From contig CAYZVJ010000001.1 in the NCBI GenBank assembly GCA_964481765.1, positions 18,452 through 82,451 of the forward strand: 64,000 nt of DNA, given 5' to 3'. The notes beneath the pieces are model-generated. The model saw only the letters and a list, made by a program, of their open reading frames with translations, made no database searches and was not told the DNA's origin. The DNA is from an uncultured Rikenellaceae bacterium (GTDB taxonomy: Bacteria > Bacteroidota > Bacteroidia > Bacteroidales > VadinHA17). Of the stretch, positions 54,955 through 63,903 are shown one piece after another (the first letter of the stretch is position 1; every line of letters begins with the position of its first letter). A program made the translations under genes and the position numbers.

Positions 54955-56289
54955 ATGGATTACAAAATAATAGCAGAAAAATTAGTCAGCCAATGCCTTA
55001 AAAAAGGCGCTGATGCTGCAGAAGTATATATTGAGTCAGGCAGGGAACTGAGCATTGAAGTACGAAACGGAGCGGTGGAAACCGTTCAGGAAGCAGCCTC
55101 ACACGGGGTGGGCCTCAGGGTCTTCATTGAAGGGAAAATGGCATTTTCGCATTGCAACGATTTTTCGGATGAAGCCCTTGACCATGCAGTATCCAGTGCA
55201 GTGAGTTTTGCTGCCAACACCACACCGGATGAAAACAACGTGTTACCGGAAGATCAACCCGACACAGCCGTGGAAGAACTCTATGACCCTTCCATTGCTG
55301 ACGTTGATATGGAAACGAAAATTGACATGGCAAAAGAAGTGGAAGCCCTTGCGATGAAAGATGAGCGAATAACCAAAAGTTCCGGGGCCGGATTCGGTGA
55401 AGGAGATGGTGAAATTATTATCGGCAATTCCAACGGCATGCTGAAAAGCTATAAATCGTCCTTTTGCAACTATGGCGTGGGCGTTGTTGCCGAAAAAGGA
55501 GAACAAAAATCTACCGGATATGAATATTGTGGGAGGCGATTTTTCGAAGACCTCGAAGAACCACGAAAAATTGCCGAAGTGGCCGCAAGAAAAGCTTACG
55601 AAATGCTTGATCCGAAAATGGTTAAAACCCAGAAGGCATCAGTAATATTCGATCCGGATGTGGCACGTTCTATTCTGGGCGGAATCATGGGCGCACTCAA
55701 CGGGGAGAGAGTCCTTCAGGGAGCCAGCTTCCTGGCAGATAAATTGGACCAGAAATTTACTACCGGGCTGATGACCCTCATCGATGACGGGACAATAACA
55801 AGGGGACCGGGTAGCAAACCATTCGATGGTGAAGGAGTGCCGACTCAGAAACGAATACTGGTCGATGCAGGTGTGTTGAAGGGATTTTTATACAACACAG
55901 CCGTGGCAAAAAGAGCTGGTGTGAAAAGCACCGGCAATGCATCAAGGGGTAATTTTCGCAGCCTCCCGGGGATTGGATTCCATAACCTCTATATGGCAGC
56001 CGGAAAAAATACACCGGAGGAGATCATCAAAGCTACAAAACAAGGACTGTTGCTGAAGGGCGTTACAGGATATGGAATCAATCCGGTGAATGGTAATTTC
56101 AGCGGCGGAGCTTCCGGTTTCTGGATAGAAAACGGCGAGATCGTTTTTCCGGTTAAAGGACTAACCATCGCCGGAAGCGCATTTGAGATGCTCAACGCGA
56201 TCGATATGATCGGGAATGATCTTGACATGAACCGCAGCTTTACGGCCCCAACCTTCCGAATTCTTGAAATGCAGATCGGAGGAATGTAA
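54955..56289 (+). CDS. pmbA: PmbA/TldE-family protein (non-catalytic partner of TldD), no signal peptide
   Basis: Same-fold paralogue: EVYIESGRELSIEVRNG...GVGLRVF...GNASRG...GLTIAGSAFEMLNAI. No HExxxH seen. Begins MDYKIIAEKLVSQCLKKGAD with no hydrophobic leader. Confidence 0.9.
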   Translation: MDYKIIAEKLVSQCLKKGADAAEVYIESGRELSIEVRNGAVETVQEAASHGVGLRVFIEGKMAFSHCNDFSDEALDHAVSSAVSFAANTTPDENNVLPEDQPDTAVEELYDPSIADVDMETKIDMAKEVEALAMKDERITKSSGAGFGEGDGEIIIGNSNGMLKSYKSSFCNYGVGVVAEKGEQKSTGYEYCGRRFFEDLEEPRKIAEVAARKAYEMLDPKMVKTQKASVIFDPDVARSILGGIMGALNGERVLQGASFLADKLDQKFTTGLMTLIDDGTITRGPGSKPFDGEGVPTQKRILVDAGVLKGFLYNTAVAKRAGVKSTGNASRGNFRSLPGIGFHNLYMAAGKNTPEEIIKATKQGLLLKGVTGYGINPVNGNFSGGASGFWIENGEIVFPVKGLTIAGSAFEMLNAIDMIGNDLDMNRSFTAPTFRILEMQIGGM

Positions 56290-56416
56290 AAAAGTTAAAT
56301 GTTATAAGTTATGCCAAAGGCATCCCTGTGGGAAAAGTTATACGTTGGGAGGGAAATTTCACGATAACCATAGAATTTGTCTTTCAATAATATCCTGACT
56401 ATTAACAGTTAACAAT

Positions 56417-56448
56417 TAACGGTTCCTGGTTGATTGGGAAAACCGTTA
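56417..56448. terminator. hairpin between convergent pmbA and ABC genes (TAACGGTT-N16-AACCGTTA)
   Basis: 8-bp perfect inverted repeat with a 16-nt loop in the 212-nt convergent gap. No clear U-run on either strand. Confidence 0.3.
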
Positions 56449-56501
56449 TTGAACGTTGGATGTTACATGTTGATTGCTGAATGTTCTTCGTGCAAAACGG
56501 A

Positions 56502-59500
56502 TTATTTTCTTTTGCGCATCTTTACCTTTTCAGACCAGTCGATTAGTTTACGTAATACATCGTATACCAGTATTATGTAGAATAGTATGCTTGATAACCA
56601 GATTATTAAAACATTAAACCAGAGGGTTTCCAGTTCCTGGTTACCAATAACTTTAACAGGAGAATAAAACTGAGCCCTGCCGGTCCTGGAGATAGGAACC
56701 ATATAAATGGGAGCCTCCTTGCGGACAAATTCATGATTCACCTCCTGGATGAACCATACATCTCTGTTCAGGACCAATTCTGCCAGTTTATTATTATAAT
56801 GCTTTTTCTCAATTGTGTAAACGGAATTTTCATCACCCAGTGAATCAATTAATTGATCATAGGTTTTCTCTCTCATCCGTGTTGCTTCCTGCTCTATTTC
56901 CTGATAATAATCTTGAACATTGCTCAGGTAATTTCTGGCACTAATACTGACAGATTTTGCATATGATTCCGGCTTCAGTTTTTCAAGTTGATCAAAAAGA
57001 GGAAATGCTTCATGAATGTGTAGTTTTTCTATTTCATTTTTAACCAGCATCAGGTTTGAAGCAACATCATCTCTAAGGGAGTCAATGGTTAACAAACGAT
57101 CCACTTCATCTATTCTGGCTCTAATTTGTGGTAAAAGTGTTGTTGCATAATATGCTGCATTTTTTCGTTCCTTATCAAAACGGTAAAAATTTCTTTCGAA
57201 TTGGTTGTTCTTAAATTGCTCGACAGCAATGGCTTCATATGCCCAGCGCGAAGTCATCAATTCTCCTATTGCCGGCACGTATGAAGAATTACGAAACATA
57301 TTATGCAATTTGTCAAACTTTACGATTACACCACTGAAAAGGAGTTGTGGAACGAGGATAAAAGGAATGATAATGTATATAGCCACAACGGAATTCAATC
57401 CGGATGACAGGTTAAGTCCGATCATGTTAGCCATGCAGGAAGCAGAAAACAACACAATCCAGTATTGGAAAGTCATCCCTTTGATTTCCAGAATAGTATT
57501 CCCGATCAGGACAAAACTGAAGGTCTGGATTGCCGAGATCAGGAAGAGGATCAGGATTTTTGAATGCAGGTAACTGAGCCGGCTCAGGTGAAGGAATGAT
57601 TCCCGTTTCAGGATTTTTTGATCCCGGATGATCTCTTCCGCACTCACAGTCAATCCCATGAAAAGGGCCACTACCACCGCCATAAAGATATAGGCGGGAA
57701 GATTCTCATTTTCCTTAAAAATGTAGATTAACACGCCCGACTGATCGCTTACGTATTTGGTAAAATAGCCGATGATCAGGGCAAGCAGGGGCGCTTCCAG
57801 GAAATTAATCAGCATGTATTGCCGGTTGGAAAATTTAGACAGGACATTGCGGGTGATGAAGATCCAGAACTGTGACAACGGGTTGGGTATACTGAAGATG
57901 CGTGGAGGCAATGGGTTTTTCTGACACTTTTTCTGATCTTCTGATTCGAAGTTTTTCAGGTAAAGCTGATACCATTCTCTGGGGGAGACCTTTCTCTTTT
58001 CCACCAGTTTCCCGTATTCATCCACCTCACGTGCTTCCACAATCTGGAGGATCTGTTCCGGCACTACATTTCCGCAGGAAAGACATTGTCCCTCTGTTGC
58101 ATTTACATAATTACTGGCCGATTTAAAATAGACCAGTGCGTCAATGGGATTTCCTTTGTAGATGGGATATCCCCCTTTATCCAGGATTAGTATCCTATCA
58201 AACAGTTTAAAAATATCGGAATAGGGCTGGTGGATGTTGATGATGACCAGTTTCCCCTTGAGTGTTTGCTCTTTCAGCAGCAGCATTACCTTTTCTGAAT
58301 CCAGGGAAGAGAGTCCTGAAGTGGGTTCATCCACAAACAATATGGAGGGCTCGCGGATCAGTTCAAGTGCGATATTTAATCGTTTTCGCTGCCCCCCACT
58401 GATGAATTTGTTCAGGGGTGATCCCACCTTCAGATTCCGGCTCTCATACAGTTCAAGATCCTTCAGTATTTTGTTGATCCGTTTCAGTACTTCCGCTTTT
58501 GATAGCTGGCTGAAACAGAGCTTGGCATTATAATAAAGATTCTGGAACACGGTAAGTTCCTCTATGAGCAGATCATCCTGGGGAACAAATCCGATCATCC
58601 CCTCCAGTTTTTCTTTCTCCGCGTAGAGATCGTACCCGTTAATCAGTATTCTCCCCCGCTGTGGCTGGATGTTACCGTTCAACATGTTCAGCAGGGTTGA
58701 TTTGCCCACCCCGCTTCCTCCCAGAATCCCTATCAAATTACCTGACTCTTCGGTAAATGAAAACCGGTGTATTCCATTATCACTCCTTTTGAACTTGAAT
58801 TTTATATCCAGGGCTTGAAAAACAATCTTTTCATGATCCCTTTCGCGAAAAAAACAGTTCGAAACATCACTGTAATAAATGGGCCTGATCTTCGGACTGG
58901 TAATGAGCGACCCCTGATCAAGCAAGTGGATCCTTTCCGGTGGGATATAATGTCCGTTTAAAAGCAGGTTGCTGCTTCCCAGGTAGCGGAAAATAAAGGT
59001 GTTGGTACTGGCATGATGAAGGATGATGATCATCCCGTCAAGGTCATTTTTCTGAATATGGTGGATCCCCTCCACCGGGGGATCCGGTGCTTTGCTGATA
59101 ACAAGCAACTTATCTTTTTGAATATCATGTGACAGGGGATCCAGGATGTAGCTTTTTGTATTGTGAAGCTCCGTTTCGGTCAGGTTGAAGCAACGGGCAA
59201 CCATCGTAATAAAATCCAGTTCACGATCGGTCATTACCTCATCTTCATTGATGAATTCAACGAGTCGCATAAAAACAATGAACTTCTCTCTCTGCCGGAG
59301 ATTCTTGTTTATTTCGGTACAAAAGGAACGAATGTTGTCAGTATTTAGCGGATCTATTCCGGCAGTTGATGCTGCTCCCTCTTTCACCAGCTGAGGATGA
59401 TAGGTGACAATGTACTTCTCAAACAGGGTAATGTAATTGTTAATGAGCTGGGCACTCAGGTGTTGTTGAAGGTAAAAATGGACAATCTCTATTGCTCTGG

Positions 59501-59576
59501 ATGAGAGACCATCTTTACTCACATTGGCAATCATAGCAAACAACTGCAGTAAAGCATTAAGAATGGATTCATTCAT
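56502..59576 (-). CDS. multidomain ABC transporter: N-terminal helical domain + FHA-like domain + ABC ATPase + ABC-2 (ABCG-like) permease with a large insert before the last TM
   Basis: Walker A GGSGVGKST (58695..58721), signature ISGGQRKR, Walker B ILFVDEPTSGL. FHA-like HHASTNTFIFRYLGSSNLLLNG...LLDQGSLI. ABC-2 TMs and SRWAYEAI. A ~195-aa helical segment (about 56625..57215), then the final TM LWFNVLIIWLSSILFYIILVY. Confidence 0.9.
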   Translation of the reverse strand: MNESILNALLQLFAMIANVSKDGLSSRAIEIVHFYLQQHLSAQLINNYITLFEKYIVTYHPQLVKEGAASTAGIDPLNTDNIRSFCTEINKNLRQREKFIVFMRLVEFINEDEVMTDRELDFITMVARCFNLTETELHNTKSYILDPLSHDIQKDKLLVISKAPDPPVEGIHHIQKNDLDGMIIILHHASTNTFIFRYLGSSNLLLNGHYIPPERIHLLDQGSLITSPKIRPIYYSDVSNCFFRERDHEKIVFQALDIKFKFKRSDNGIHRFSFTEESGNLIGILGGSGVGKSTLLNMLNGNIQPQRGRILINGYDLYAEKEKLEGMIGFVPQDDLLIEELTVFQNLYYNAKLCFSQLSKAEVLKRINKILKDLELYESRNLKVGSPLNKFISGGQRKRLNIALELIREPSILFVDEPTSGLSSLDSEKVMLLLKEQTLKGKLVIINIHQPYSDIFKLFDRILILDKGGYPIYKGNPIDALVYFKSASNYVNATEGQCLSCGNVVPEQILQIVEAREVDEYGKLVEKRKVSPREWYQLYLKNFESEDQKKCQKNPLPPRIFSIPNPLSQFWIFITRNVLSKFSNRQYMLINFLEAPLLALIIGYFTKYVSDQSGVLIYIFKENENLPAYIFMAVVVALFMGLTVSAEEIIRDQKILKRESFLHLSRLSYLHSKILILFLISAIQTFSFVLIGNTILEIKGMTFQYWIVLFSASCMANMIGLNLSSGLNSVVAIYIIIPFILVPQLLFSGVIVKFDKLHNMFRNSSYVPAIGELMTSRWAYEAIAVEQFKNNQFERNFYRFDKERKNAAYYATTLLPQIRARIDEVDRLLTIDSLRDDVASNLMLVKNEIEKLHIHEAFPLFDQLEKLKPESYAKSVSISARNYLSNVQDYYQEIEQEATRMREKTYDQLIDSLGDENSVYTIEKKHYNNKLAELVLNRDVWFIQEVNHEFVRKEAPIYMVPISRTGRAQFYSPVKVIGNQELETLWFNVLIIWLSSILFYIILVYDVLRKLIDWSEKVKMRKRK

Positions 59577-59617
59577 ATGGACCTACATTATCAGAGAGGA
59601 GTATGCAATGATCGGAT

Positions 59618-59657
59618 AAAAAAACAAAAAACCCTGTCAGACTCAGGTATGACAAGG
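59618..59657 (-). terminator. rho-independent terminator after the lipoprotein gene (minus strand)
   Basis: The minus strand reads CCTTGTCA-tacctgagtc-TGACAGGG followed by TTTTTTGTTTTTTT. It has 8 stem positions with one mismatch and begins 15 nt after the stop at 59672. Confidence 0.6.
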
Positions 59658-59671
59658 TAATCTAAACGTGA

Positions 59672-60502
59672 TTAAACAATTGTGTTTCGGATGTTTTCCA
59701 CGGTTGATACGATCTTCTCAAAGGTCTCGTCACTCATTTGATCCTCTATTGCATTATAATGTCCTTTCAACTCGTTCAGTGCATTAATGATTTCTAGAAC
59801 ATCGTCATCCCCTTTAATCGGCTCCATGATTTCGATCAGCGTATTCAGCGAAGATCGCTGGTGTAATATGATATCCAGCAAGGCTGTATTGTCTGCAGCG
59901 GTAATGGCTATTTGTGTAGTAATGTACAGACCCTCAATCCAGCTACCGGACATTATTAAAATAGCCAGCTTGTCCTGGTTATTATCTGTCAGGTAATTGT
60001 AAGTGTCAATAAACGAGTCTGAAATGATGTTGATAAGCGAATCTCCGTTTTCCAGGTTGCTTTCAACCCGTTCAGCGTACGTTTGATTGAATGCGCTTGA
60101 AATTTCAATTTCATCGGTGAGCTTTTTGGAAGCATCCAGGTACAACATGGTTTCCTGCTTCATCATGTAGGTGCTTGCATAGCTTAAATCGGCTCCGTAA
60201 ATACCCAGGTTAACCGCTTTTTCAGCCTGTGTGAAGTAATTATCTGCATTTGATGCCGGATTAGAGATACTGAGAATATAGGGAGCACCGGCCTCATTTA
60301 ACATGGTGGTGATTTGGAAAGAAGTGGGTAGTGGATAACCCGAAATATTTTCAATCACTTTCTCTTTTAGTGTATCTGTTTCAGAAGCTTCCAGTTCTTT
60401 TGATCCGGATTTATCCGGTTTGGAAGTACAGGCAATCAGACCAGTAACCAATAAAATAACCAATCCTGCATTGAGGGGTTTAAAGAAGTTGGATCGTTTC
60501 AT
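59672..60502 (-). CDS. helical lipoprotein of unknown function
   Basis: MKRSNFFKPLNAGLVILLVTGLIAC (lipobox LIAC), followed by ~250 aa of helix-prone sequence. No family recognised. The track's 26-codon N-terminal extension to 60580 is rejected. Confidence 0.6.
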   Translation of the reverse strand: MKRSNFFKPLNAGLVILLVTGLIACTSKPDKSGSKELEASETDTLKEKVIENISGYPLPTSFQITTMLNEAGAPYILSISNPASNADNYFTQAEKAVNLGIYGADLSYASTYMMKQETMLYLDASKKLTDEIEISSAFNQTYAERVESNLENGDSLINIISDSFIDTYNYLTDNNQDKLAILIMSGSWIEGLYITTQIAITAADNTALLDIILHQRSSLNTLIEIMEPIKGDDDVLEIINALNELKGHYNAIEDQMSDETFEKIVSTVENIRNTIV

Positions 60503-60536
60503 TTGTTTTCGGTTTTTAATTAGGTTTAATGAATGA

Positions 60537-60558
60537 TATGCGATGATCTGATCGCATA
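60537..60558. repeat. perfect 8-bp inverted repeat TATGCGAT-gatctg-ATCGCATA upstream of the lipoprotein gene
   Basis: Read directly from the sequence. It lies 35 nt upstream of the ATG at 60502 and 98 nt downstream of the kynU stop. It could be an operator or a weak terminator. Confidence 0.3.
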
Positions 60559-60655
60559 AAATTATCCTTTCAAAGATCACACCAATATACTAAAAACTAT
60601 GGAAAAAAATAACAACAATAGGTGAACTACTTGATAATAAATTCTTTTATCCTTA

Positions 60656-61951
60656 TCAGGAGATGGGCATCGTGCTTTCCGGTTGATTTTCATACTCCCG
60701 GGAATCGATTATTTCTTTCAATGAATGCATCAAGATCCAGATATCTTCGTACCGGCAATAGAGGGGCGAAGGTGCAACCCGGATGATATCAGGACTTCTG
60801 AAATCGGTGATGATATTTCTTAATTTCAATGACTGAGCGATCTGTAGGGCATCTGTTTTTCGTCTGAGGGCGATATGACCACCTCTTTTTTCGGGATCTG
60901 TCGGTGTACCAATAAAAAAGCCGTAGGGTGGTTCAGACAGGAGGGTACCAACCAGGGCAATGAGGTAGATGGTAAGGTTCAATGATTTTTCACGAATCTG
61001 TTCAATGCCGGCTTGCAGGATGAGATCCAGTGCATCTTTCAGGGGGGCCATGCTTAAAACTGGTGGTGTGGATATCTGCCAACCACCGGCATCTCGCTGG
61101 TGTGAAAAGTCAAGAGACATGTCAAATTGCCTTTCTTTTTGAAAACCAAACCAGCCTGCCATCATCGGCTCTTTGCCAAAGTGACGTTCATTCAGGTAGA
61201 TAAATGCCGGGCACCCGGGCCCCCCGTTGAGGTATTTATACCCGCACCAGTAGGCGAAATCAACACCAATCTCTGATAATGCGTGAGGAACCACTCCCGC
61301 AGAGTGAGAACAATCAAAACCAATGATGATTCCTTTCTTATGAGCAGCTTTGGTGATACGTTCCATATCAAGCAATTGGCCATTTCTGAAATAGACCGAA
61401 GGGAGCAGTGCAAGCATAACCTCTTCTGTCAGGTATTCCAGGATTTTCTTTTCCGATATCGATCCATCCGGTTCAGCTGGAACAAGTGCCAGGTGCTGTG
61501 CCGGATCGTATCCACGCATCTTGAGGTGCCCTTTCAGGGCATAGATATCGGAGGGAAAATTCTTTTCATCAGCCACTATTTTGGCTTTTTTACCCGAGGG
61601 AGCATAAAATGTACTTAACAATGCATGCTGGTTTACCGTGGTTGTTCCTGTACATATCACCTCACCGGATCGTGCCCCTACCAGAGGAGCCATTAATTTT
61701 CCAATCTCTTCAGCCATCCAAAACCAGGGCCGATCTCCAGTAAGCCACCCTTCAATACCCATCGATTTCCATTCGTAAAGCACACGAAGCAGAGAGGCCT
61801 CCCCCTCTCTTGAACACAGACCCAACGAGTTACCATTCAGGTAAATCGTCTTCCCGGGCAGGGAAAAATGTTGTCGAAATTGTTGTAACGGATCCTTCGA
61901 ATCAAGGGATTGTGCAAATTCCAGTGTGGGATTAAAGGCGGTTGATACCAT
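60656..61951 (-). CDS. kynU: kynureninase
   Basis: LDSKDPLQQFRQHF...IYLNGNSLGL at the N-terminus and FAYWCGYKYLNGGPG (PLP-Lys context) are typical of kynureninase. 431 aa. Confidence 0.9.
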   Translation of the reverse strand: MVSTAFNPTLEFAQSLDSKDPLQQFRQHFSLPGKTIYLNGNSLGLCSREGEASLLRVLYEWKSMGIEGWLTGDRPWFWMAEEIGKLMAPLVGARSGEVICTGTTTVNQHALLSTFYAPSGKKAKIVADEKNFPSDIYALKGHLKMRGYDPAQHLALVPAEPDGSISEKKILEYLTEEVMLALLPSVYFRNGQLLDMERITKAAHKKGIIIGFDCSHSAGVVPHALSEIGVDFAYWCGYKYLNGGPGCPAFIYLNERHFGKEPMMAGWFGFQKERQFDMSLDFSHQRDAGGWQISTPPVLSMAPLKDALDLILQAGIEQIREKSLNLTIYLIALVGTLLSEPPYGFFIGTPTDPEKRGGHIALRRKTDALQIAQSLKLRNIITDFRSPDIIRVAPSPLYCRYEDIWILMHSLKEIIDSREYENQPESTMPIS

Positions 61952-62022
61952 GATGCAGGTGTAATTTGTTTCAGGCGGATCTGAATGGATTGTTATGGTG
62001 CTTTCTCATAGCCCGGGTTATC

Positions 62023-63147
62023 CTATATTTCGTCGATAATACTCAGCATGGCAGAGACCAACGATGCCCCAAGGTGTTCGGATCGTTCCGGAGACCAGCC
62101 ATATTGGGGATCGGGCAGGTTGTCGTTATCTTTAAAAGGCATTTCGATAGTAAGCGACAAACAATTAAACCGTTGTGCTATGTTTTTTGAACAAATACTT
62201 AAATTTGCCTTTCCCGGTCTGTCCCCCGGATAGCCGTATTCCGTCTGAAAATCCGGAGTGATACTCTCCCAATTTATGGTAAAGTGTTCCTGTAAAGAAG
62301 CCAATCGTTTGGTAAAATCCGGAATTCCCTGGATGGAAGATGCAAAAACATAGGGAATGCCCTCTTCGCCGTGAATATCCAGGTTGAGGTCTACACCGGT
62401 TTTCAGCATGTACTGCAGTGTATAATATACTTCAGGGCTTGTTTCTTTGCTGGGATTTTCCCATTCGCGGTTCAGATCCACCCCGTTCGCATTGGTTCGC
62501 ATGTTTCCCCGTATTCCTCCGTCGATATTGAGATAGGGTATGACGTATATAACCGCTTTTTCAATAATTTTCCGGGATACAGGATCATCTTCGTCGAGCA
62601 TCCGATCCAGAAAACCCTGGATGAACCAGGAAGCCATACTTTCACCCGGATGCTGGCGACCAAGAACCCAGATCTTTTTCTTGTTTTCTGCAGGTTCTCC
62701 TAAAATGAGCAGATCGATATCTTTTCCTTCAACGGTCTGTCCGACGGATTCAAGAATGCACTGAGGGAAACGCTGTGCAGCATGAACCAAATCCAGATGC
62801 TGATCATACGTGTAGGGTGCAAAATAGGCATAAAAGACAGCATTGTATTCGGGTGTATGATCGATGGTTAATACCTGGCCATCAAACGTCGTTGGTACCC
62901 TGAACCAGGTCATCCGGTCATAGGAAGCACAGGCATTATAATTCTCCCAGCCCTCTTTGGAGAATGCACTGCCCGCATTCGTGATCCTGATCCTGCATGG
63001 GTAACCGGCAACCCCCTGCAACCTGAAATAGAACCATTGAAAAAAATCAGCCCGGTTGTCCGGCCTGATCTGAAGTTCAATGTTATCGATATGTTTCGTG
63101 GAGATTATTCTGATATTCCCCCCATCAAAGTTGCTGCTGACTTTCAT
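62023..63147 (-). CDS. M14-family metallocarboxypeptidase, cytosolic-carboxypeptidase-like (no signal peptide)
   Basis: N-terminal beta-sandwich-type start MKVSSNFDGGNIRII. Zn motif GRQHPGESMASW (HxxE). DLNREW, DIHGEE. 374 aa. Confidence 0.85.
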   Translation of the reverse strand: MKVSSNFDGGNIRIISTKHIDNIELQIRPDNRADFFQWFYFRLQGVAGYPCRIRITNAGSAFSKEGWENYNACASYDRMTWFRVPTTFDGQVLTIDHTPEYNAVFYAYFAPYTYDQHLDLVHAAQRFPQCILESVGQTVEGKDIDLLILGEPAENKKKIWVLGRQHPGESMASWFIQGFLDRMLDEDDPVSRKIIEKAVIYVIPYLNIDGGIRGNMRTNANGVDLNREWENPSKETSPEVYYTLQYMLKTGVDLNLDIHGEEGIPYVFASSIQGIPDFTKRLASLQEHFTINWESITPDFQTEYGYPGDRPGKANLSICSKNIAQRFNCLSLTIEMPFKDNDNLPDPQYGWSPERSEHLGASLVSAMLSIIDEI

Positions 63148-63168
63148 AACGGTATTCGTTGAAACGGG

Positions 63169-63903
63169 TTATCTTCCTGTGACATGGAATAATTTTGTGT
63201 TTTTTTTCAGAATATGAATGATGAACCAGATTACAGCTGCTGTAGCTGAGAGCACAATCCACATTAAGGTAGGATACGGCTTCTTCGCCACAAAAAAATT
63301 TCTGAACAGATCAAGAAAGGTGAAGGAGATGAAGATATTGATAAATCCGTGATACTCCCGTTTGATCACATTACGCCAGGAAAAATCGAATTGACTGGGT
63401 TGCCAGTTTCTGAATCGCGGAAAGAAAGCCGGGGTATCAGTGGACCAATCCAGATATGATTTCCCAAACTTTTCCCGAAGGAAAACCTCTTCGGCAAACA
63501 TGATCCGTTCATAATAGAGCCAGAAGAGTAAAATAAACAGCAGGAGACACCATAATGACTCAAGAAAGAGGGCTACACCCAGCCAGATGATCAAATTTCC
63601 AAGATATAAGGGATGCCTGACAAGGGAATAAATACCGGTGGTATTTAACGTTTCAGCCCTCTGCCTTTTGATGTTTCTTCCCGAAGTGCCCCTCGGGGTC
63701 TGTCCAATAGTAACGATACGGATAACCAGACCCAGGAGGCTTACGCCCAGGTATATCAGATCCCTGTATGGACTGGGATGATAGCCGGAATAATCTTTCA
63801 GTGCATAATAGAGTATCGCTAAACAGAGGATAAAAACCGGCAGGTATCCCCGCCTTTTGAATAACCAGTTACCACTTCTGTTGAATTCTTCGATGAGAGC
63901 CAT
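63169..63903 (-). CDS. ICMT/PEMT-like membrane methyltransferase family protein
   Basis: Multi-TM protein with TTGIYSLVRHPLYLGNLIIWLG and EEVFLREKFGKSY, the C-terminal signature of isoprenylcysteine carboxyl / phospholipid methyltransferase-like proteins. Confidence 0.75.
   Translation of the reverse strand: MALIEEFNRSGNWLFKRRGYLPVFILCLAILYYALKDYSGYHPSPYRDLIYLGVSLLGLVIRIVTIGQTPRGTSGRNIKRQRAETLNTTGIYSLVRHPLYLGNLIIWLGVALFLESLWCLLLFILLFWLYYERIMFAEEVFLREKFGKSYLDWSTDTPAFFPRFRNWQPSQFDFSWRNVIKREYHGFINIFISFTFLDLFRNFFVAKKPYPTLMWIVLSATAAVIWFIIHILKKNTKLFHVTGR

Noticed and set aside
60503-60580. The track's N-terminal extension of the lipoprotein ORF (MIFERIILCDQIIAYHSLNLIKNRKQ...).
   Set aside because: The extension precedes a textbook lipoprotein signal starting at the ATG at 60502 and covers the 8-bp palindrome. 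It is most likely non-coding.
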